Origin: Balanoglossus misakiensis
Taxonomy: Eukaryota > Animalia > Hemichordata
DNA length: 64,000 nt
Reading direction: 5' to 3'
Assembly (NCBI GenBank): GCA_040954595.2
Contig: CM082594.2
Coordinates: forward strand, 7,212,840-7,276,839
A program made the position numbers and the translations under genes. Below, one piece after another: positions 25,201 through 36,500 of the stretch (positions are counted from its first letter, which is position 1; each line of letters opens with the position of its first letter). A model generated the notes under the pieces. The model searched no databases. It worked only from the letters and a program-made list of their open reading frames with translations, and was not told the DNA's origin.

Positions 25201-28112
25201 ATTACGACGGCATTTAAAAGGGCATAAATATTTTCCCGCTTTACGCTGTCTCCTTACCAACGTCGCCACGCTTTTACGACGTTCTTACAAGCAGCAAATA
25301 GCACTAAACAGCGTTCTAACCATTTTTTGCCGGCGGGGGGAATTGCTTTTACTGCCGCTGAAGTGTAACCAATTCACTCGTGTGTTTGTTTTTCGACATT
25401 AGCGAAGGCGGCCCCTTTATCAACGTCAATAGTCATAATTCGACAGTCGTGCTCATGAATACCTGTGCACTCACTGGCTGACGTGACTGGCGCGTGACAG
25501 CGCGCGCGTTCGTCGTCCAGCCATGGCTTGCGATTAAACTTGGTTCTCACCACGTAAGGAAATATCTCGTGACATGCATACGACGACAACGTTCACAGAC
25601 AGGGAAAATCTAATATGAATAAGACGGCAATACCCACGCTGCTGCAGCCGCGTTGTATTAGTAGACGGATTGGATGAAATCACGCGCGCGCGTGGGGTGG
25701 TCTTTGCAAGCGCAAACCACGCTCTGGCCCACAATACCGTTGCGTTCAGTCATATCCATCAACTTCAAATATCACGGCTGTTTCAATTAGCCTAAATACT
25801 AGTAAGCGCCTCTCCATTCACTTCATGGATGAAAAAAGTCTCATTTCTTGGTGCCGCATTCCTGCATGCCCTAAGTGCTCGCTATAGAGACGGTTGATCA
25901 AGATTTTTGCCAAGGTTTCATGGCGATTATCACAGTGATTGCCACTGGAACATGTTAAAGAAGGCTTTGCTAATCCCCCAGTAGGGTCGGGCATGGAATT
26001 AGAAGAAAGTCTCCTATCTTCACGTTTTAAAATGGCGAATATGACTACTATTGAGAGTTTCTTTTATTCTATAGCTTCCTTATAAGTAGAGACGATATAG
26101 CAATATCCAACAGTGCGCTACCTAACAGAAAAGAAGTATTAAAATCTGGTGACTTGAAAGAGATAGCAACGCGGGCAGTGTCTGTTTAATTCATTCAACC
26201 TCCGGCGGAAGAGTCAATACACATGACCCTTCTTTAATTCGATATCTCTCTATCTCTTCAAGAATAGCGATATCTGTCTGTTCATTAAAGTTTAATTGGC
26301 ACGGTTAATTTAATTTTACAGCCGTCGTGTGCTGTATTAGGTTACCGAAGCCTTTCATCGGTTATTGTAGTATATCATCATTCTTGGCGAGAGAGAGTTG
26401 CGATTCATTACACGAAATTAAAATAAGGGGGTTTGTTATATTTGTCGCGCCGAATTAGCTTCAGTGTGTGGTGATCAGAGAGGGGGGGGAAGGTCACATC
26501 GCGACAAAACGACCATCTTGTTGTGAAATCGGTCATGCGCACAGCGAACTGAAAATCAGAGTTGGACTGACATGACAGAGCCATCCAAACCAGTCCAAAG
26601 TGCGCATGCGGGGTTGGGGACTCGTGAATTTTGTCGTCAAGTAAAGATGATATCTCAGAATGCGTAACAAAATATCTGAAAATCGTAGGTGCGAGATGAG
26701 GTTTACTGGAAAGGGAACGCGCGATGATTTCCCTCAGGATAAAATGGCATAAGTTTAAATAATAAGGTGTATTCATTCCAGTTATTACCCAACTATCATT
26801 ATCCTTGCTCGGCATGTGGCGATGTTGGATGTACAGTCAGTCAAGAATATCTCTGGTAATTGAACACACATATCGAATGTTTTACAAGATTATTTCGGAG
26901 CAAGCGCGGCATGAGTGTTTGACAACATGGGGAATTCCGGCATGATGAATTTTTGACGATCTAACTGTGTCTGTTTTTCAAACTGTGAATTGCCATGATT
27001 TCTTCAATATTTGTATCGTCCCACAATGTCAGGCTTGTTAAAATATATCTTTGTAAATGGTATGAATTTGGTTCACTCCTTGATTTTGTACACACTGTTT
27101 TACCCGTTATCGTCGTTCAGTAAACGACCCCCATCCAGCTATGAACTGTAATTACATTCAGCCACCTGTTAGCTCGCGGCAAACGGTCAAGGCTGCTTGC
27201 CAACTTGGTATTTTAGGTCGTTTTGTCCATCGCAAGTCCCCAATGGCGAGCGAATGCAACGTACATGCGTGTCCGATCGAATTATCATCGCAAAGTCGTA
27301 AACGCCTGACGTTCTGCTAAATGTGTTTTCATTCTACTCTAGAGATCTCGGGGTCGAGCTTATGATATACCGTGCAAGTTCAAAAGAAATATGTAAACTG
27401 AAAAGAAAACATGATCTCTATGCTCTCATAGTGTTTCTGCAAACAGACCAGCCGTCTATCAATCCAAACATTTAGGCGTAAAGGAAATGTTTAATATGCT
27501 TATTCATGATTAGATGAGTTTTATAACTAACATAGATTATGAGTTTGACTATACTCAAAATACAGGCATGTATCATGATGTATGAACCTAGACTCCATAC
27601 GCGAGGTAATTGCCCTCAATACGGCCAAATGCAGTCGCACGCGGAGCTCTCATCCATATACTGTATTTGTGTGAGTAACTTTATACCATAGTGTCCTATC
27701 TGCTGCTATTGGGGATATGCATCCCATTGGCCAGTACGACGATTTGGCAAGAAATTAAGCGTTTCTTTTATTTCCCCGCCAGAGCCTAACAAGTGTAGGG
27801 AAAGGCCACCATGAACCAGAAGCCCCAAGTCTGTCGTCGCTGGAATCTCAAGTAATGTAAGTTGCTTCATTATTATATGATCTCTCATGCTGACGTGTGT
27901 TGGGCGAATATAAGAACTTGGTCAAGAAGACATCACTATCAAGGTTAATGCAAAAACTGCACTAGCCCCGAAGCGACTCGGGGGTCCCTTCAAAGTTGGT
28001 CTCGTCCGCGCGCGCGTACCTGTCTTCTCAGTGTCTCTTGTAAGACAAGAGGCTGTCAACAACCTCTTCGCAATCCACGCTATGCCCCGGGAGGAGCTAT
28101 CGATATCTGGGA

Positions 28113-28565
28113 TTATAATATACCTCATGCTAATACTGTGCCGTGATTCGCCAGAATCCGTCACGTGATAGGAAAATAGAATCGACTATGAACCCTACAG
28201 GGCAATAGCAGAAAAAATATAAACCGGTCACGTGACCAGCGTGAGTGCGCAGACTCGGTCACGTCAATCAGCGTCGCGTCGTCTGACACAATGGCCACCG
28301 CGGAAGATGTCGTCTGCCAACCTCAAGAGAAAATTGCAAGATTTTCCCAGCTGTTAGCATGAGGTTTATTATAAAACACCTATAGCCTGGCCTATATTCA
28401 GGCGATAGCAGCCGTTTTTACCCCCTCGTGACTGTGAGTTACCAGAATCACATGCTATTTCCCTCGGCCTGCGGCCTCGGGAAATAGCATATGATTCTGG
28501 TAACTCACAGCCCCTCGGGTGTAATAAACGGCCGCTATGGCCCTCATGGCCAGGCAATAGGTGTT
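28113..28565. mobile_element. Composite non-autonomous element: inverted-repeat-bounded segment followed by a ~190-bp palindrome
   Basis: IR ttataatatacctcatgctaa (28113-28133) / ttagcatgaggtttattataa (28354-28374), then palindrome 28375-28565 with 32-bp core arms (1 mismatch) around tcggcctgcggcctc. Confidence 0.75.
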
Positions 28566-29167
28566 CACTAGCATCACGTGGACAGCCACGATGGCAGTCG
28601 CTGTGTGATGTGATATCGTTGAAAACATCAACTGTCTTCATGTACCGTGATTTTAATTAATAGCCGTTATGATCCATGACATTTCCACAGAACCAGATGA
28701 AAGTGTCTCCTTTAATAATGCACTCTACTTTTGATGATTTCTCTTATTCCGTCTTTTTTTTCAAATCGTAATTATATTAACGTTTCGATCAACGATGATC
28801 TTGCCCTGGGCGTGTTGATATGTTCCATACAGGTAAACTAACACACTGGCGAATTCTTAATAATAGATGGGCAGAACCCCCTTATCGTCCAAACAAAGTT
28901 ACATCTCCCACAATTAATCAGCCTATTGCTTGGGACGAGTGATAACAATGAATTTAAGAGATTGATATAGGGTTTCAAGTTATACGTTGTCGGGTATTAT
29001 AATCCGTACGAGCAATGGTTCACTACAAACCAAGCAACATTCTCCTTTTTTGCCATGTGCTTGCTTTAGCAGAAGATTGGGCATTTTAACATGATTGTTA
29101 TAGCAAATAGAACAGGCAACTGTAGACAGGACAAAACACACACACACACACGCTCTGCGTTCTTTCC

Positions 29168-29891
29168 TTACCTTTCACACTTGTATATGCCGCCATTTTG
29201 TATTTTACGACAGAGAATTTCTTCGTCCCCGAAAATGTGGATCGTCATTTCTCTTGGCGACTCGCATGTGGATCCTTGTGGCGTTGTTTCTGTACCTGTA
29301 AAGGGCAATAATGTAACGATCTGTTTAGTGTACATGTACTCATAAAACTGGTTTCAAATAGTGTAAATGATGACAAGTGAGTAGCAGTTTTTATTTTGGG
29401 ACCATATCATCATATGGATATGTTTTACAAGTTGAATGAAAGGCTGGTGACCACAGGAATGCATTAACAGGCCGAGTTGTCGGTTAGGGTGATTTATACA
29501 CCGTACATGTTTTGTTGGAATAGCTGTTGGAAAATGGTGAGAGGAACTGAATAGTGTTCTGGCAATGCGATTATTGTTCCAGACTTGTGTCTCTATGTTT
29601 CCTGTTATCGATTTCAAAAGCTACTTGTCAGGAGAGACAAAATTTCAACAAGCGTATTTTCATTTGTGCTTTTGGGGGAAATATGGAATTTGTTTGGCTT
29701 TTTCTCTCGATACAGCATGACTTTGCTCTCGGGTCAATACAGATGTACATGTACGGCTTTCTGTCTTGCGCAATAGAGAGATATAGACGCACACTCCAGA
29801 TAGAAATCCCACACTCCTGACTGTTCATGCATGTATATCTAGTACATGTATAATTAATTTATTGACTGCTTTTGACCTAGGCTTGAACATA

Positions 29892-29956
<65 letters not shown>

Positions 29957-30544
29957 GTAAGAAATGGCATGTTCCTTTTGGCTGATGGCGTAGGTTGAGT
30001 TGCCCACATCGTAACTGTATGTTTATGCTGCATGTTCATGAAAGTTTAATCGGTCTTATCACGAGAAAGTTGGCTTCACATTTCGGCAACTTTTACGTTG
30101 CCATTCTTTACTGATATCTAGTCGTGCTCCGAGCCCGCGCTCTTAAAACAAATGAAACGCTGCTTATCACTTGTAAACCCTTAATTATGCATCAATTTAT
30201 CGAGACGATAACCTTTACAAGGAAACACAATGTGATATGGAAATTATTTCGTTTCAGAAACTGATACAGCCCTTATCAATCTCAGTATATCGTCTCGCCC
30301 TTCAGATAGAATATATGTATACGCCAAAATTCCCAAAATGCTTTTTGTGTGTTAACTTTGTATGGAGGGTGTTCACTCCTAACCTATGAAGGCACAAAGG
30401 AGGGTATTGATTATATCATTTTAGGAATGAATAATACTCACGTTTTCCCCACCGTAAAAATGTGTTGGATCCTTCTGTTTTGCCAGAGGAGACTGCTATG
30501 AGCACCACAAGAAGAGCGCAAAATGTTACGACTTTAGTTTCCAT
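29168..30544 (-). CDS. luqin: Luqin-type (RWamide) neuropeptide precursor, ~76 aa
   Basis: Exon 30552-30442 (ATG 30544) encodes METKVVTFCALLVVLIAVSSG-KTEGSNTFLRW-G-K; a phase-1 intron follows; exon 29295-29168 encodes R-TETTPQGSTCESPREMTIHIFGDEEIL-CRKIQNGGIYKC-ER*. Signal peptide, adjacent peptide, GKR and C-terminal Cys-x10-Cys match the luqin/RYamide precursor layout. Probable 5'UTR exon ends at 30638 (GTGAGT donor). Confidence 0.92.
29892..29955. repeat. (TGT)n trinucleotide microsatellite in the luqin intron
   Basis: Perfect tgt run; explains the spurious polyQ/polyN ORFs. Confidence 0.97.
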
Positions 30545-33500
30545 CCCGTTTTCTGTCGGAAAAAATAGAAAAGAGACGCAGATTTTACAGTTGTGTCATT
30601 GGTAGTATGGCAACAAGTCCTATGAGGGGAAACTCACTTATGTTCGTAGTCGTGGTGGTCACTGCGTGTGTTGTACGGGCTTGAGCGGTGACCGCAGCTT
30701 TGTTCGGAATCGTGCAAATAACAGTAATAGTAACAGATGTTATTCAACTGAAGTCCAACCGCACAAAGCCGACGCATAATTCATTGCTGTTGGACCGTGT
30801 CGGAAAAACAAGTGTCATTCATCTTTGCGCTCAAATGGAATGTTTGGAGGGACTGCTTTGGGGTGTCTCGTACTCAGCCGCCCGGACAACAAGACCGCAG
30901 CAGTAGTGACGTGCGAAAAAGTTAGTGTCATGGCTAGTCATTGCAATCACTCGTACATTTGGCTGTTGACAGAAAGAGCGGTGCTCAAATCGTTGACGTT
31001 GCTTCGTCAATCAGGTCGATGTGACCAGTCACTGCGGCTATCGTCGGTACAAATTGAACGGGGAGAAGCCACGGGAGTTAATTTGCATCCACCACGTGGT
31101 ATTTGCATGCTCAGTTCCAACGTGGAGGTCGAGAAGAACATAACAGGAAATAACAAGGCGTTTGTAAGGCTTCGATGGGACGAGTTAATTTTCCGCCAAA
31201 GGGTTTAATTTGAACACAGAGCCGGAAAATATGGCCGTTATTCAGTTAATTATGAGTCTGTTTTCTAGTAACCACTGAAAATCTGGCTAGATCTCAATTT
31301 GCCATGGTAACAGTAGCTATATTTGCATACTAGGTGTCCGTATAGTTTCGATTCGCGAGCAACTGTAACTGCGTTAAAATGCTGCTGTGATTTTCAGTTT
31401 CTTCAAGAAATAGTTGCAATAATTCAAACTCTTGGGTCATTGAACTCTCCGCCCTTTTCTGAAATACTTGTATCTGCGCGCATTCTTGTATAAAACCATA
31501 TTCTCGACGAGTCAAGCAGTCAGAGCCATTGGCCAATTACGCAAAGTAGGACATTATGTCACCACATTCGCCAGCAAGGAACGATCATCAGAACCTTTAG
31601 AGTAGCTTTGATTTGATCACCGACATTTATAGTAACAGATGTTATAAACGGAATGGGAGTAATAGCTATTTTAGGTTTCTGTTATAAAACTTGTTTTTCG
31701 TTTATGAATTTTTCTTCACCGACGCTTCAGCTGTCTAACCGTTAACCCTCTTTAACGAATGAATACATTTATTGGGTCTTGCATTCGTTCGCATACTCGC
31801 CACATGACTTATGAATTGTCCTCTTTGATTACGACCGCGGGGTCTGACCGGCATCTTAAACCAATGCCATTTGTAACCGGGCTGTAGCCTATGGTTATAC
31901 GAGAGATCGTTGATTTGCCAGTAATGTATATCGTGTCTACTCTGCTGGTTTACTTGCGCAATGTTATTGCCGCGACTTCAGCAGACGTTAGATTTGTGAT
32001 GTCATAGAATGTTTGATAAAATGTGAGACCTCGGGCCTCAGAATGGTCTACAGCATTGTTTTCTGACATTACAGTAGTTAGGAAACGTTTTGAATGGTAT
32101 TTTATAGCAAACCTCTTACCGACATGGCGCCATCTTTAACCGATGGTAAAACGTAAAAGTGCAATTGCTTTAAACGGACCGTGGATGTGTAAGAACTTTT
32201 GAGTTTGTATGTAAGCATGTAGCTTTAGACTGGAGACTTATTCCAAGAAGTGACGTCACGGTTACAACCGGGCATACCCACTTTTCAGAATCGATGTCTT
32301 CACGTGCGCTCGCGTGGTGAATGTTTCCATTCCAAAGTATCAGTCACGCACGCCGATTCTTTCAAGGAGTAGATAACATTGTCATTTCACGAAGAAGTGG
32401 GGAGAGGCGAGCATTTACGCTCTATTATGATATTAGCGTTAACTGTGATGGGAAGGAAAGGTCACGAAAACGGGATATGCATTTGTCAGCTGTTTTGACT
32501 GAGGAGGAGAGAGACGGGGCAGCGTCACGCCAGCATTTGCAGCGAGAGGTACCGACTTCGGTGATACTTTTACTCCCCCCGTAGTTTTAACAAGTACCCC
32601 CGCGGGCAACCTTTCAAAAGACTTGACGTGTCACCGCTACTCCTGCGCTACATTTCCGGCACGATCGGTAAGGTTGAGTGGATCGTTTTACTTAATAACG
32701 GCGGCCGTAAAAAGTAAAAAAAAAAAAAAAAAAAAACAGCTTGCGCACCGACATCGAGAAAATGCGGTGCATTTGGTGCTTTATAGACTCTCCCGCAGGC
32801 TTCTTGCCGGTACAAGCCATCGAAGTACTGAACTACACGCGCCAGACTGGTGTTACAGTCACCGCTGTCTACCCTCTTAATGCAGATAAAAACCGGCGCT
32901 CCTCCAGCGAACCTGTCAGCGCCGAAAGCTGACGATGACGCCAGCTCGTCGGTACTGTCACGTATAGACACCGGGCGGAGACACCGTTTAAACTTCTACC
33001 TCTTCTGTGTCGTTTCGCGCCGAAGTAATTATACGGGATGCCCGGATTTGCTGTTCACGTTTTATTTGTGTTCAAGCACTGACAGTCGGTTCCCCGAAAA
33101 GAGATAAAATTCTCACGTATCGCTGCATGAAAGGATATATTTACACGCATCCATAATCATGCACGCACGTCCCCAGTATATATAGAGGAGGTCGATCACG
33201 ATGCAGGCGAATTTTCTGTATTCTCGACGCCCGAAAACCTGCCAAGCGATCGCCATGGAGACAGATTTGTCTCTAACGATCTAGACATAAAACAAATGTA
33301 TACTTTTAGGTGTGTTGTGCAAAATACGCCGTGTTCTCTTAAACGAATCGTAAATTTTATGAAAATGGGAATTTTACATCGCATTCTTTATTGAACGGTG
33401 GTACTATTCCGCAAGTACCATACCCTGACTCGACAGGCGTATTATTTACCCTATACCTGTCAGGTGGGCCGTGGGATTTGGAAACCGGCAGTTATCTGCG

Positions 33501-36500
33501 TCATTATCTCAATTACCCTCAGCAAATCACGCGATGGGAGACACAATTTACCGTGGTAACGAGAGACCTCGCCGCATTTAAACAGGTAAATCTATCAGTC
33601 TGAAAGTAGATATGATTTTGTCAGCCCTTAGCCTGCTGCAGACGTTCACGTCTGTGGACACGGGTTTTCGAAGAATATATGTGTGCAACTTCAATGAAAA
33701 GTGGGGTGATGGGTATAATGAAAAGTTGCATTAAATGCTGATCAAAATGATAGGCCCTTCGGTCTCAATTCATCCATTCCGATTGGGAAGAATCGTTAGA
33801 ATTTCTACTGGCACCAAGTTCTGTCAAAGGAAATGTGATCTTCGTTTTGAATGGACCATTTTCCGAACTCAACGAGACCGTGCGAGATCACGCGTGACTA
33901 GGCAGTTAATGTGGGAGGACATACCCATGTAATACGGGACATAACACCTGGTCCGTCGTGTTATACGGCGCAAAAGTTACATTTTTTGTTCAACGCTGCA
34001 CCAATTCTAGTTTCACACAAAGCTTGGCCTGTAAGACTTGGCTAGCAACATGTAGTTACGGTAATTAACCGACTCTCGCGAGATCTTGTGAGCGGAAAAT
34101 CATCTGAGTATTGACCCGACGGTATGATTTCTCAAAAAGTGGCAACCTGGTTCTCAGTAACTCCTTTGCTGCTGTTCTTCGTGCCCCCTGCAGTGATCAT
34201 TAGGAAGAATAATGATAACAATAAACGGTGACTCTGAAGAAATTACTGCGGCGAGACCGTTTATGGCACGTCCCAATGCAACTCGGCGAGCAAATCAAAA
34301 CCTCCATTATCATCATCATTTCACAAACTACGCAAATCGTGAGTCAGGTGTTCAACAGAATACAAATCGTAAAATTGGCTTGTTTTGAATCTGGCATAAA
34401 TTGGAGGCGTTGTCCGTTGAGTTGTTCGCAGTTATTAACTTTAGACGCTGTTTGTTAATTAGTCGTCGCCGCTTACTCGACCGACCCCCCAAAAAAACCG
34501 ACACTCCCCGAACTTCTTTCGCAGATCATGTCCGAAATACATGTCTGAGGTAAGAAAATGCAGTTACTGTCGTTCCTGCGTATCACGACTGGCGACAGAA
34601 CTCGCGATAAGAAACTCCAATAGGAATCTCGCCCAATTAATCAAGCTCGTTTTGGTTTGATACTGCTCGTGTCATCACGTGAAGGACCAGGTGGGGGACG
34701 CGACTTCGCATGATGCATTGTGATCTGTTTGTTTTGTGACATATTACTCCAACGTATTAATGCCGACTCCATGACGGCAGGTGTGCTTTCTTTGGAGATG
34801 GATCAAATCATAGCGACTCCCATGACTTGGAAAGCTCTGCGTTAATTGAAACGAAAATGCCACCCTTGAAATTTTGACAGCTGAAACATGCGCTAAAACA
34901 ATGGCGGTTCTACAACAATAAATAGCTATTTTCTTTGAAACAGTGCATGTAGAGACCATGGATTGGTCAGTTTTTCGCCTGATTTCCAATAAAGTAAAGG
35001 GATTTTTTAAAGGACAAAGTTATCAACATTAGACATTGTTGTGGTTATTTTCGTTTCAATATTGATAATTTACATTGCCTACTGAAATATGCTTAATCTC
35101 CGGTTGTTGCATGGAATAACACAAAGGCGTCCGTGACATGGTCAATTTCTGATATTGAGTGAAAATCACATCATGAGATAGATATGTACGATAATACACA
35201 CGTAACAGAAAAAATTCTCATCAATATGATTTACTATATTCAGAACCAGATAAAATACTTCTCTGACAAAAACGAGAATATCTAGAATAATATTTATCAA
35301 CAGATGACGATATTGTCCCCAAATAAGTGCCAATATTTCAACGCTCGTGCAAAAAAACAAAAAAAAAAAAAAAAAAAAAACAAAACAGGGCGGTTCTGCG
35401 CAGATCATACAGATCAAAACAGAAAAAAGGAACATTTCTCGAAAAAATCTGGTCGTGAGTAAATAGGCTTTATATGTGGGGAGTAACATTCTTGCGATGC
35501 TGAAACTAGCTTATGGATTATGAAATCTCTGTCGCTGGATCGCCATACAAAACACAAAACTAGTTTGTCATAAAATCCATGTCTTTCCAGACCCTAAAAC
35601 GCGCTTGCTTAAAAAAGAAATTTTTCGTGTACATATGACGAGTTGTTTCAACAAAATCTAATATTCAGACATAAAATATAAAAGTGTTTTAGAAGGGAGA
35701 AAGGTGAATTCTTTCCGTTACAAGGTATATGGGAGAAATAATACTTGATTCCCTTCCCCTGAAAAAAGTTCTGATTTTGATGTATCCGCGAAAAACCGAC
35801 TGTCAAAGCCGCAAAGAACCCACTTCAAAACATAAAACGTTGAGATCATCTCAAGTCAAACCTCGAGATCGTTTCTTTCGGAAAGCGAGTGCCATTACGT
35901 ATGATTCATAAGTGTATATCTTCTCCGAGTAGGAATACTGGTTATTGTATTGTACATAATGAAAAAAAAACTCCAGACATTTCAACAAGGACCGCGTAGC
36001 ACGCAGCATCAATTGATCGCTAGTAACAATATTTGAATTCGCCTGATAAAAAAAACAAACTCAAATTCAGGATGAACGGCCTTCGGGGTTTCGGATAGTT
36101 ATATCATCGAACATTTTCATTAAAGAAAAAGAAAAGTGTCGGTAATTTTAATAAAAGCGATTGATTATCGTAAAGCTTACGGGGTGTCCGTCAAATATTC
36201 AGCGGAAGAGCGCGCGCGCGCCGTGGAAGATGTCGCTACGAGGATGAAAAAGGGGGGAAAGGGCGCGCGCGGGCGACGTGTGTTATAATGATGAGTATGT
36301 TAGAAATGAGCCGACGAATATCATTTTACGAATTGAATTTCAAATCAGAACAAATGGGTATTTTCGCGATTATCATATGTTCACGCTAATCATTTCAGCA
36401 TTATGCTGCGATGCAGAACATCTCGGCATATTTTTATGGAGGTTCACATTCCTGGCAATACTAGCTATCTACTGAGCACTGAGGCAAGCTTACCTGTTAT

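Noticed and set aside
27783-27855. Possible plus-strand exon containing GCCACCATG
   Set aside because: The ORF stops after 14 codons and no partner exons or recognisable homology were found.
29825-30039. PolyQ and polyN ORFs
   Set aside because: Translations of the intronic (TGT)n microsatellite.
32925-33260. Hammerhead ribozyme (CTGACGA) or 7SK-like GATC stem
   Set aside because: No GAAA follows the candidate stem II, and the GATC hairpin lacks the other 7SK motifs and promoter spacing.
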